A stretch of 61,763 nt of DNA, from NCBI GenBank assembly GCA_030141605.1, contig JAQGDQ010001115.1, positions 1-61,763 on the forward strand, written 5' to 3'. Under the pieces are notes generated by a model. It did not search any database, was not told the DNA's origin, and was given only the letters and a program-made list of their open reading frames with translations. This stretch comes from Tubiluchus corallicola. Its lineage: Eukaryota; Animalia; Priapulida. Positions 41,501 to 49,609 of the stretch are shown here, piece after piece. The number at the start of each line of letters is the position of its first letter. Within the stretch, counting starts at the first letter, position 1. The translations under genes and the position numbers were made by a program.

Positions 41501-44500
41501 AGTAGCATCGCTGCACATAGTAGCAAAGTTAACACCAACCAATGTCGTGTGACTGAGTTTGAGCATTTCAGGGTGCTGCGTTGTTGAAAAAGCAAAATAA
41601 ATTGTCTTTTGCGAACGGAAGTTTTTATGCCAAGACGCGAATGACGCCGAATATATATATAACTGATCAAGGTTCACTGTTGTGTACAGTGTACGGTGCA
41701 GTCGTGCTTATAGCAGTGTACGTATGAACGAAGTATAACCAGAAACTCGCCAATTCACGGAAAAATGACCAAAGGCAGTATGGTCTAAAGGTTACATGGG
41801 TCAAATGGTGTCCACAATAGCTTGCCATTGCAATTTTTATTGCTTTGAAAGCCTAGGAGTATTGTATACTATCTTTACTTTGCGATGGAGTCTCGAATTT
41901 ACAGTATTATGGTAGTTTTGAGTGGAATCTCACCAAGTCCTTCATGTCTGGTTTATCAAATAAGAGACAAATAAGTCTAAGCTTCGAGTTTTCCACATCA
42001 AACAAGAGACAGGGAAGTCAACGCCTCGGGTTTTCCACATCAAACAAGAGACGAAGAAGTCAACGCTTCGGGTTTTCCACATCAAACAAGAGACGAAGAA
42101 GTCAAAGCTTCGGGTTTTCCACATTAGCTGTATCTTATCTAACTGATATCAGAAGAAGTAGCAGTAGCGGTGTGGAAGAGTGGCAAAATTATTTACATAA
42201 GGCTCTCCATAAAGCTGCATCTGAAGGTGATCTGAAAGAGGTGATTAGACTAACAAAAACTGGAGCTGATATTGACAACACTTCAGAAAAAACTGCTGGT
42301 TACGAGGAAGCTTTCTGTGTAAAAGGTGGGACACCACTACATACGGCAGCCTTTTGGGGACATGCTGATATTGTCACCTATTTTCTAGACTTGGGTGTCA
42401 ATGTCAACAGTACAAGGAGCAATGGATGGACTGCATTGGAGCTTGCTGCCAGAATGGGCCACGTGGACGTCGTTGAAGCAGTGTTAAACCGTAATGCTAA
42501 TATTCATTGCACACAGACTATCGATGACAGCACACCCCTGCATCAAGCTGCTTGGCGAGGTCATTACAATGTTGTAGAAGTCCTCGTTCACCACGGAGCG
42601 GACGTCAACAGACAAAATCTCCAAAATACGACTCCACTTGATGATGCTGTTAGGCAAGGCAACACAGATATTGTTATTAAACTGCTAGAAAACGGTGGCG
42701 ATGTGAATGTAAAAAACTATCGTGGTATCACACCCTTACACCATGCCGCCTGGGAAGGTCATGTGGAGATTATAAAACTGCTCATTAACAATGGTGCCAG
42801 CGTACACGCCAAAAATTATTTACGCGAGACACCCCTCAATTTAGCATGTAAATGGGGACGAGTCAATGCGATTAAGACGATTCTTGAACATGTAAAGCAA
42901 AAACTGCATTCCAAAGATCAACGTCTAGGATTGATGAATGCTGTAGACACTGTGAACATTCAAGGAAATACAAGTATTCATCTTGCCTGCATTATTGCAC
43001 ATAACGTCAGCACAAGCACGGAGGTGGTAATTCAGTTATTAGACATGGGAGCTGACCCCTGTGTCCGAAACCATAAAGGTCAAACGGTGTATAATCTTTG
43101 TAGCCAGAATGTGGCGGACAAAGACATAAGCAAACCACAAAAACAAATTGCTGGTGTGCTTTTAACGTACTGGTTCTTCGGCAGATTTAATCAGCTTCGT
43201 ACAACTGGATTTGCCGAGCATCGAACAAACAACTCTGTCCAAACTGGTGATACGCCATTGGCAGAGATTTTGACGCTGCCTGGCATTGGCAAACTGCAAA
43301 ATGATCAAGAATTTCGAGAAATCCGCAAAACGGTTGTGGACCTGATGTACAAGGTTTGCAGTTTCATGTCGTCTGATGCCGCCCTTAGCTGCAGACCAAT
43401 TTTGGTTGGAAGTTCCGCATGCGAATTGAAAATTGGCGCTCCTGATGAATTCGATTTTTTCGTCGTGATTAATAATCATCCTTTGATTGTTACTGAAGCC
43501 ACAACTTTGCATAACAGAATTTGGCTAAGACTGCAAACTAAAGGTGACCAGAATAAAGGCACTCAGAAGTTCTTGTTGCCAGCCAAACTCAAGGATAATT
43601 TTGCCAAATTACTATGTAAATCTATGGCCCGCATCTTGCGTGATGAAAATACCAGTGTCTCTCCTAACAAATTTCCATACATCGTGGAGTGGAATAAAGT
43701 TTGTACGTGTTTCAATTTATTAGTGAGGTTAAGTGAAGACAATGTACTGCCCATTTCAGTAGACGTTACACCTTGCATCGAGATGTCTGGGAAGCCGCCT
43801 GGCACAAATATCTACCCCGAGGGCATCAACTGTTGTCACTTCATTCCCAAGCCGCTAGGTGGAGGTCAAGAGTCTCGCTTCTTTTGCGGGCTTTCAATGG
43901 CGGTCGCCGAGTCTGAATTTATACTTAAATTAGATGAGAGGATCAAAGACGCTGCGCGATTGTGCAAGATCTTAGTGAAGCCAGCTATTTACGGCGGTAG
44001 AAACTCAGACAGCATAATAAGCAAACTAAAAGGAAGTTTAGCTACCAAGCACAGTAATCTGCTTAGCGCCAAGATAAACCTGCCAAGTTTTTACCACATG
44101 CTGAAATATGAGCCGGGGAAACTAATCGATTCTTATTTAATAAAGATCGCATTTATAAGCGAGGTGATTCGAAAACCAAACCCTGATGATTGGAGATGTG
44201 ACGCGAATTTCCAAACAAGGGTGTCATCTATATTTCGCTACATCAAAAATTGTTGTTCAATTCAGCACATGCCACACCCCTTCGTGTCTCACATAAATGT
44301 TTTAGACGACCTCAAGTTGAAAAAGATAAACGGAATTTCGTTACTGGCATTGTGCCAACAAAGCGCAAATGCGATAGTGAAGAATGTGGAACGTGGTGGC
44401 TTTCGTTGCAACTCTGGACTCCTTCAACCTGATATTAAAAACTTTAAACGTGAAATGATAAGAGAAATAGAAACGAACGTACAGAGAGATCATAGACCAC

Positions 44501-47135
44501 AAGCAGATGAGTGGATTTCTACTCTGTGGGGACCTCTTGTAGATATTGATGCTCAATTAAAAGTCCATTGAAGATGAAAGATGTTTTGTTACGAACTGTT
44601 TTTAAAGTGTTGTTGCTGTCATGTTTGTCCTCTTTAAAATTTTTGCAATAACAAGAACAACAAATAATAAAGATGACTGTTAAAAACAGCAATAGCTGTA
44701 GCAGTACCACCAGGAGCAACAACAGTAGCAACTAGATTCGTAAGAACAGAGCCAAAATCCCGATTTATGGAATTGCAACACAAATGCTTTTTGTTCTTTT
44801 TGAATCAGTATGTTATGTGATATGCAAGAAAAGTCCTCCATTAATTGGCGTTGTGGACAATTTTTTAGGGCTGGTTGGAATGTAGGCTCAGATGAGCATC
44901 TTTTAAATGTTTAAATTTGTGCATAGCAAGTTAGTACCGTATTATGTTGTGAACTATTGTGGTCATATGGATAACAGTAGAAAAACTGTGAATCCACCAG
45001 GGCGCGCTACCCTAAAAGCTCTCAGGGGGCACTATCCAAATAGCCCAAAATGTATTTATTCATAGCCTGTTTACATTTCCTAGGCCATTATTTATTCCTA
45101 ATATAAGTTTTTACATCTCTCGACATTGTTATATTCCAGTATCAGTGGTTATTGGACCAGTAGTTGTGAAAGGGACTTAAATTTAAAAAAAAACCTAACC
45201 TCCAATCAAACGACCAATAGCAATAGCAACGACATGCACTTGGCTTTCCTTTTTATACTTCAAATCCTCTTTCATTAATTCAGTAAACAGATTGCTAAGT
45301 GTTTAACTATAGATAGTAGATTTATAACCAATTCGCTACCAACAACAAGTTTCTTCATCCATCAGCAACTTAAGAAAACCATGACAACAAGTCCTTTCAG
45401 TCAGGGAAGAAAGAATAGCAGCAGCTGCTACCACTGGGTCAAAGTTGGACACGGAATTTTTAATCTAAACAAATCTTCTTGCCTTTACGAAGTGTGTGAG
45501 TAAATACATAGTCATCATGAAATTTTTTACATTTTTGCACCAACAACATCGCAGCCCAAGTATGACAGCAACGACAATGATAGCGACAGCAACAACAAAA
45601 CCAACACCACCAACAACAGCAACAGTAACAGTAACCACAACTACTACAACAACAACCACAACAATAACTGTAGTGGCAAAAACAGTAACAACAATGGCAA
45701 CGGCAACAGCAGCCACAACATCAGCACCAGCAGCAGCGACAATAATAAGGACAACGACAATGATGGCACAACATGAACAGCAAGAATGATGACACGGCAG
45801 CGGTGATGACGAGTCGAATGACACCAGTGACAACAGCGCAATGCAACAACAAAAATGAGCAAACATTCTAAAAATTTGCATATTTAAAAAGCCTCTAAAA
45901 TATCGTACTTCAAGTACTTACTGATCTGTACTTTCCGGAGGAGGTAGATCGCCAATGGTCGTTAGCGTCAAAGTCGACCAATACAGGCAAGCTAAATACT
46001 TCCTGGTTAACGTGGCAAACACACCCACTGGCTCGGGATAGGTCCACCTTCCTTTAAAATCCTCTGATACGGAGATCACATAGTAGAAGCCTGCAAACCA
46101 GTGGGCCAGAAGAAGCAGAATGTGGATCAAGTTGACCACACGCCACAAGTTTGGATAAACAGTTCTAGACTCTATCACGTAATACAGCGTCCATGCGCGG
46201 TAGACCTTCACAAACCTTGGAAAGCGAAGCATGGCATGCATGGATTTCGTCCACACCTGTACAATATCTAAAGGAATGATCGATATCACGTCTAACACAA
46301 AGTACTTGGACTGGATGTAATGTTTAGCTAACTTTTTCGCGTCCTTCACCACAATACCTTGTTCCAGATACCCAGTCCGTAACTGAACTATGAAATCTAA
46401 GATGTACAAGAAGTCTGAGAGGCCGTCCAAGCCAAACCACAGATTCTGGTATTCCTCCTGTAACTCGGGGAATGATTCTCGGGCAATACACAGCCAAAGA
46501 TTATACAGGATAGCTGTGGTTAGTATGGTGCACCAATAACACATAAAGTTTGAGTCAGACGTCATAACCCCTGAAAGCCTCTTGAAAAGTCTGTGTCTGC
46601 AAAGCTGAAGCTGTTTCACACGTGTCGGCGATTCAACGTCCTCATCGGCGACCTTGTCCGCGTCGCGTTCCGCGTTCGGAGCCTGATGTCTCGTGGAAAA
46701 TCGTTTTATAAACGAGTCCTCTCTCGTCAAATGACCCGACCCCTTTTTCGTTTTGGTTCTCTTCTTGCGCAGGGTGGTTATGGCATGATTGGCATGCATA
46801 GTCCGTCGCACCTTCCCCCAACCCAAATGCACCCCTGCATGATCACGCCTTCTTTTCAACAATGGCGACCTTAGATGCACCGTGTTTTCCTCCTTCTCTA
46901 GGAGTGCATCCTCCTTGAAAGACACTCGGCGATTGTCTCGGCACGTTTTTCGGGATTTTTCCTCATGTGCGACTTCCGTAGGATCATCAGAATCGAAATC
47001 GACTATCCTTACTAGTGGCGCCATCTCGTGCTGATATTCGCTCTTCGGTTTTTCTTCCTCCCCTTGAGGTTCTTGGTAAACATCCAGCGTGATACTGGGA
47101 CGTTTCAGAATTGACTTGGCAGCAGCGAGCTCCAT
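7555..47135 (-). CDS. Cyclic nucleotide-gated cation channel subunit (CNG alpha-like), spliced gene, 12 coding exons, ~843 aa
   Basis: Exons 47135-45922, 31959-31901, 30152-30091, 28801-28713, 27396-27294, 20453-20299, 13055-12972, 12020-11924, 11500-11271, 9871-9589, 8619-8509 and 7599-7555 join with GT-AG and matching phases (2532 nt). Motifs: S4 LRFPRFVK, pore [17 protein letters not shown]6 [14 protein letters not shown]-linker [25 protein letters not shown]...[18 protein letters not shown]. From memory it resembles the invertebrate Drosophila CG42260-type channels (not checked by search). Confidence 0.93.
7861..8176. repeat. (GT)n compound microsatellite
   Basis: Direct reading. Confidence 0.97.
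8509..8619 (-). CDS. CNG exon 11 (coiled coil [37 protein letters not shown])
   Basis: tttcttag acceptor, gtaagt donor, 111 nt, heptad pattern like the C-terminal leucine zipper of CNG alpha subunits. Confidence 0.8.
8644..9136 (+). mobile_element. Family B copy
   Basis: ttaaaggtcaagaaaa start; shares cattttgacggtaagtcgtttga...agataacactg...aaagtttg with the 20.6-kb copy. Confidence 0.65.
9589..9871 (-). CDS. CNG exon 10 (low-complexity C-terminal linker)
   Basis: tgtttacag acceptor, gtatgt donor, phase 2 to 0, 283 nt; matches ORF 9577..9885. Confidence 0.78.
9923..10285. mobile_element. MITE family D; second copy ~16828-17210
   Basis: TIR AATAAGTCTTTTC / GAAAAGACTTATT; shared aggtc(a/g)aaggttaagtgtacc. 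Confidence 0.65.
10608..10902. repeat. (GAT/GGT/AAT) compound microsatellite
   Basis: Direct reading. Confidence 0.97.
11271..11500 (-). CDS. CNG exon 9 (C-helix [16 protein letters not shown] plus basic linker)
   Basis: tgtttag acceptor, gtaaag donor, open frame, phase 0 to 2, 230 nt. Confidence 0.85.
11924..12020 (-). CDS. CNG exon 8 ([32 protein letters not shown])
   Basis: tttgtcag acceptor, gtaaac donor, phase 2 to 0, 97 nt. Confidence 0.95.
12352..12700. repeat. (TTCA)n microsatellite
   Basis: Direct reading. Confidence 0.95.
12972..13055 (-). CDS. CNG exon 7 ([27 protein letters not shown])
   Basis: tttttacag acceptor, gtagaa donor, phase 2 to 2, 84 nt; FGE phosphate-binding cassette. 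Confidence 0.94.
14049..14591. repeat. 33-bp minisatellite (~16 copies)
   Basis: tagagtaatttcacagtaatttctaacatgttt. Confidence 0.97.
14878..15187. repeat. 41-bp minisatellite (~7 copies)
   Basis: ctgtatcatacagtaatatatagtgtataatagcaattata. Confidence 0.97.
15441..15703. mobile_element. hAT-type MITE (263 bp) with a perfect 8-bp TSD
   Basis: TIR CAGG(A/G)CCTATTTCA; TSD ACTACACG at 15433-15440 and 15704-15711. Confidence 0.88.
16046..16109 (+). repeat. Degenerate tRNA-derived SINE head (similar at ~10992-11058 -, ~15868-15935 -, ~48434-48505 +)
   Basis: A-box-like tggtgtaatgg and B-box ggttcaattc; no complete cloverleaf. Confidence 0.4.
16110..16640 (-). mobile_element. Family A copy, reverse
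   Basis: Begins aagcaaaaccgga; reverse complement of the family core. Confidence 0.75.
17449..17815 (-). mobile_element. RTE-like LINE 3' fragment with a (GAA)n tail
   Basis: [22 protein letters not shown]...KRPPG motif; (CTT)n on the plus strand at 17449-17478. Confidence 0.75.
18350..18533 (+). mobile_element. Family A mini copy retaining both ends
   Basis: ttaa-aggaagacaggatga ... tccggttttgt-ttaa with the interior deleted. Confidence 0.7.
19725..19915. repeat. Dispersed repeat; inverted copy at ~34440-34625
   Basis: aagtttacactttatcac...ggtacacggtaagc...tttctacctagcag matches in reverse. Confidence 0.75.
20299..20453 (-). CDS. CNG exon 6 (CNBD start [20 protein letters not shown]...ADGILEVI)
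   Basis: ttttttcag acceptor, gtaagc donor, phase 0 to 2, 155 nt. Confidence 0.95.
20646..21333 (+). mobile_element. Kolobok-like non-autonomous element, family B, full copy
   Basis: TTAA flanks, TIR AGCACAAGA / AGGACAAGA, internal ~65-bp tandem duplication at ~21147-21275. Confidence 0.7.
22148..22329. repeat. (GAT/GAC)n microsatellite
   Basis: Direct reading. Confidence 0.95.
22412..22758. mobile_element. hAT-like MITE remnant; related copy ~33985-34295
   Basis: Shared start cagggNcNgattatgaccttttgggg. Confidence 0.5.
23302..23658. repeat. (TTAGG/TTAGA)n pentanucleotide array
   Basis: Direct reading. Confidence 0.95.
24923..25770 (+). mobile_element. 5'-truncated degenerate LINE (RT C-terminal half and 3' end)
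   Basis: [12 protein letters not shown] (YADD-like) ... VNVNKTK, then a KYLG-like motif, stops/frameshifts, AATAAA and an (aatca) tail. Confidence 0.8.
26516..27116 (+). mobile_element. Family B copy with an internal ~150-bp duplication
   Basis: Segment tactgtcttattgcat...caagtttagataaca occurs twice. Confidence 0.6.
27294..27396 (-). CDS. CNG exon 5 ([34 protein letters not shown])
   Basis: ttcttacag acceptor, gtgcga donor, phase 2 to 0, 103 nt. Confidence 0.93.
28713..28801 (-). CDS. CNG exon 4 (C-linker [29 protein letters not shown])
   Basis: ctgtag acceptor, gtaggt donor, phase 0 to 2, 89 nt. Confidence 0.93.
28830..29207. mobile_element. Foldback MITE with 98-bp TIRs and TGT...ACA ends (Ginger-like)
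   Basis: Arms 28830-28927 and 29110-29207 are near-perfect reverse complements; 4-bp flanks atat/ctat. Confidence 0.8.
30091..30152 (-). CDS. CNG exon 3 ([21 protein letters not shown])
   Basis: gttacag acceptor, gtaagt donor, phase 1 to 0, 62 nt. Confidence 0.93.
30399..31018 (+). mobile_element. Kolobok-like non-autonomous DNA transposon, family A, full copy (620 bp)
   Basis: TTAA on both sides, AG...CT termini, imperfect TIR AGGAAGACAGGA / AGCAAAACCGGA; many dispersed copies in the window. Confidence 0.75.
31901..31959 (-). CDS. CNG exon 2 (S6: [19 protein letters not shown])
   Basis: tttttcag acceptor, gtaagt donor, phase 2 to 1, 59 nt. Confidence 0.93.
32308..32521. repeat. (CAA/CAG)n microsatellite
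   Basis: Direct reading. Confidence 0.95.
33260..33436. repeat. (CTGA/CCGA)n microsatellite
   Basis: Direct reading. Confidence 0.93.
35273..35708 (+). mobile_element. TTAA-flanked MITE, family C; partial copy at 21465-21822
   Basis: ttaaggacaagaaaatg ... cattttctcgtcgtttaa imperfect TIR; near-identical ~360-bp second copy. Confidence 0.7.
36098..36560. repeat. Degenerate tetranucleotide tracts (AACG/AAAC/AACC/GAAT)
   Basis: Direct reading. Confidence 0.85.
37368..37606. repeat. (GAAT)n microsatellite
   Basis: Direct reading. Confidence 0.97.
38481..39356. mobile_element. TA-flanked MITE with TIR TAGGTTTTACA(T/C)GTCAA(A/C)TGTAGAC
   Basis: TA on both sides; subterminal tcaaatgt repeats inverted at the two ends. 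Confidence 0.8.
40210..40245 (-). CDS. Candidate 36-nt cassette microexon of the CNG gene (adds [12 protein letters not shown])
   Basis: ctgac...tttttgtatttttactgtag acceptor, gtaagt donor, phase 2 to 2, no stop in the host frame. Confidence 0.5.
40855..41100 (+). promoter_or_regulatory. Candidate promoter of the nested ANK-cGLR gene
   Basis: Cluster of ISRE-like GAAACCGAGACT (40860) and AGTTTCGGTTTG (40963), GC/KLF-like GTGGGCGTG (~40877), CRE-like TTACGTCA (41013) and NRF1-like GCGCATGCG (41088). Confidence 0.35.
41944..44571 (+). CDS. Ankyrin-repeat + Mab-21/cGAS-like receptor (cGLR) nucleotidyltransferase, 875 aa, uninterrupted ORF nested antisense in CNG intron 1
   Basis: About 8 ankyrin repeats (TPLH-type motifs, ~aa 85-385). 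NTase core [18 protein letters not shown] (G489 S490, E502, D504) parallels cGAS GSYYEHVKISAPNEFD; third Asp in ISVDVTP (D607). Mab-21 C-lobe motifs [11 protein letters not shown] and [18 protein letters not shown] at 44666. Confidence 0.92.
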   Translation: MSGLSNKRQISLSFEFSTSNKRQGSQRLGFSTSNKRRRSQRFGFSTSNKRRRSQSFGFSTLAVSYLTDIRRSSSSGVEEWQNYLHKALHKAASEGDLKEVIRLTKTGADIDNTSEKTAGYEEAFCVKGGTPLHTAAFWGHADIVTYFLDLGVNVNSTRSNGWTALELAARMGHVDVVEAVLNRNANIHCTQTIDDSTPLHQAAWRGHYNVVEVLVHHGADVNRQNLQNTTPLDDAVRQGNTDIVIKLLENGGDVNVKNYRGITPLHHAAWEGHVEIIKLLINNGASVHAKNYLRETPLNLACKWGRVNAIKTILEHVKQKLHSKDQRLGLMNAVDTVNIQGNTSIHLACIIAHNVSTSTEVVIQLLDMGADPCVRNHKGQTVYNLCSQNVADKDISKPQKQIAGVLLTYWFFGRFNQLRTTGFAEHRTNNSVQTGDTPLAEILTLPGIGKLQNDQEFREIRKTVVDLMYKVCSFMSSDAALSCRPILVGSSACELKIGAPDEFDFFVVINNHPLIVTEATTLHNRIWLRLQTKGDQNKGTQKFLLPAKLKDNFAKLLCKSMARILRDENTSVSPNKFPYIVEWNKVCTCFNLLVRLSEDNVLPISVDVTPCIEMSGKPPGTNIYPEGINCCHFIPKPLGGGQESRFFCGLSMAVAESEFILKLDERIKDAARLCKILVKPAIYGGRNSDSIISKLKGSLATKHSNLLSAKINLPSFYHMLKYEPGKLIDSYLIKIAFISEVIRKPNPDDWRCDANFQTRVSSIFRYIKNCCSIQHMPHPFVSHINVLDDLKLKKINGISLLALCQQSANAIVKNVERGGFRCNSGLLQPDIKNFKREMIREIETNVQRDHRPQADEWISTLWGPLVDIDAQLKVH
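41950..42123 (+). repeat. 42-bp coding tandem repeat (~4 copies; 14-aa unit [14 protein letters not shown])
   Basis: Unit ttttccacatcaaacaagagac(g/a)...aagtcaa...tcggg recurs every 42 nt. Confidence 0.9.
45922..47135 (-). CDS. CNG coding exon 1: N-terminus, S1-S5 and pore helix
   Basis: ORF track 405 aa with LRTGYLEQG and [12 protein letters not shown]; donor CA|gtaagt at 45921; acceptor tcatttcag at 47195 and an in-frame upstream TAG support ATG 47135 as the start. Confidence 0.95.
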
Positions 47136-47165
47136 CTTAGCGTCTTCTCCAGTGATGCAACTCTG

Positions 47166-47177
47166 CTAGCGCTGCAT
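47166..47177 (-). promoter_or_regulatory. Minimal uORF (ATG CAG CGC TAG) in the CNG 5' UTR
   Basis: In frame with the main ATG, ending 30 nt upstream of it, within the same exon. Confidence 0.5.
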
Positions 47178-47489
47178 CTTGAATGACAGTCGATCTGAAA
47201 TGAGCAATTATAGGCAAAACGATTAACGATGCAATCTTACATATTGAATGGTTTCACTGCTACTGAAAGCGCCTAGCAATGAAGCCATGATTCCCGTAGC
47301 TCTGTGCAGATAAATGCTTACAAAGCTTGAGAATGATTTGATAAGTTTATTAGATCACCATACAGCGCAAAACGTGCGGATCGAAACAAATGAAAAAGGC
47401 TTAGAGTACTTAGAAAATTTCACAAAATTAAACATCTAGAAACATAATTCTGTGAGTAGAATTATCGAAATTATGCAACAATATTAAGA

Positions 47490-48260
47490 AATTTATTTAC
47501 TTTATTATTAAAAACTTTATTTTAGCAACATTAACACAAGCACAATTAACAAATCACAGACTTAAATAAACGACGCATACAGGAGCGCGTCCCTGGAAAT
47601 ACAGGGCTCTTTTTAAGCGTAGTTGATCTAAAAAATACCACAATTTATAACAAACACATCTACATATATATCACAGTGCTGATTGAATACATTAATTCTT
47701 AGCAAATTAGTTCGTGCCTCTTAATTTAGAATCACGTACTGTTTAAATTTTATGCACATAGTTAATCAACAATTTCTTAAATTCCACATCTCCACCTTTA
47801 TTTAAAAATATAAACTTATCCGTATCGTACATGGATAGGATAGGATAGGATATCATATATGGATAGGAATTTTGGAAAAATATGTGACATTTGATTTAAG
47901 AACGCAGTCCTTTCTTGACAATAAACGAATGCATTGCATACTAAAGTGAAATTCATCTTCCGTGTTCCCATTCTTACATAAAGTACATTTTCCCATATCA
48001 ACAAGAGTTTTAGGTTTGGTATATCGACAAGCTTCAATTTATTATCTATGCGCGCTAACACTGAGTTTTGTGTAGGTTTTCTTATGTGCTCTAGGAACAC
48101 CAGTAATCAAACGATGATTTTCGAGATTATACTCAGATTTCAACAGTCTATACGTCTACGGTTTATTAAATCCATTTGGATAAGCAGTATCATTATGGAT
48201 AGCATTTGCAAAATAGCTATTATAATTACTGCACACTTGCTTTTCGATTGAATGAATTAG
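47490..48260 (-). mobile_element. Degenerate LINE 3' fragment
   Basis: Minus frame CTLCKNGNTEDEFHFSMQC (C-terminal CCHC motif) near 47930-47990; AATAAA near the 3' end; boundaries approximate. Confidence 0.6.
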
Positions 48261-49609
48261 CTTAGTTTTGCTAACATTAGTGACGTTTCACACTTGTAAT
48301 CTTTTAGTTTTCAACTGCTTAAATCTCCATTAAGCATGTGATTAAATAAAATGTATTTAGTCTAGTATGAGTAAATTAAATACTGGATGTTTGGTAGCTG
48401 CTAAGATAAAATAAACTTGATATAGCTTCAAAAGACTGTGTAGTCTAGAAATCATAGTGGTAGGCTTGTAATGCAAAGGTCCTTGGTTCAACTCCATGCT
48501 CAGCCAGACTTTATGACATTTCGTTTCATTTCACACGGATAATATATTACTTGCTATTGCTTACGAATGTACTTCATCATTAACGCTTACTTTATTTATT
48601 TATTGACATTTATACATATATTAAAATTATATAAAAGTATAATTATATATACTTATGCTGTGCATACTGTGTATACGTATGCCTTCTATACGCATGCGCA
48701 GTTGCGCTGATCGTATAAAACATAAAAAGATGCACAAAAATAAAATTTCTAAAAACAATACCCTAAAATTGAACATCTCTCATTAAAAAGCTCCTAATAA
48801 AATGTACCTAAATATGAATTATATACTATATACAACACGTTCTATACAATCATCAGTCATTACCATTCTAGTTCAATGGTCTTTAAATTATGACAGAAGA
48901 CCTTTTCCATTTTCATTTTTACGTACATAGTTATTATTACGTACATTTGCGCAATAGTAAACAAAATGGAAAAATCTACTGACAATCAACGGAACAATTA
49001 ATACGCAATTGCCTGCAGCTGAGCTAAAAGCTGGGACCAGAAAAGCCCAACTGCAATATATGGTGTTTTGTTAAGTGGTTGGGGCAGAATAAAAGAGAAT
49101 GAAAGGGATGACATGACGGTGAAATTAGGGTGCAAGTAAGTAAAGAAAGAAGTTACGATGATTAACAGGCCAAGTGCTTTTGATGTTGGACACACCCTAG
49201 TCCATTTAGCTATTAGGTAATAAGTCTTCAATATTTGTTTATTCTTTATATATTTATATAAATTTACGACATGATGTTATAAATATAAACAGTTTTTTTC
49301 TAAGAATCACCCAGAGTAGGAATTGCGGTACTGCACCAGAATAAGTTTTTCTATACATTAGTTACGCTTAACACAGTCGTTAAACATTCAGCTTCAGCAG
49401 TAAAACATGCAAAGATTATGAAATATATAGAATAATATATATATAAAATGCGAAGAGATGATAATTCGATACTGATGAAAATGCGACGAAATGGCCCTAT
49501 TGCACAAGTCTGTTATGAACAGAGACAGACTGTAGATTGCAACCAACATGGTACGTGCAATATATGAAGAATAGGTCAAGACCAAATCCACCCAATATGC
49601 ATTTAAAGT

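Noticed and set aside
43162-44556. Short antisense and alternate-frame ORFs within the cGLR
   Set aside because: Shadows of the real CDS with no recognisable motifs.
41944-44571. ANK-cGLR as a processed pseudogene or transposon cargo
   Set aside because: The 875-codon ORF and catalytic residues are intact, and no poly(A) remnant, TSD or enclosing TIR pair is evident. An old retroposition origin is not excluded.
45465-45881. Thr-rich mucin-like or hydrophobic ORFs between the cGLR and CNG exon 1
   Set aside because: Degenerate (CAA/CAG/ACA) microsatellite, open in several frames on both strands.
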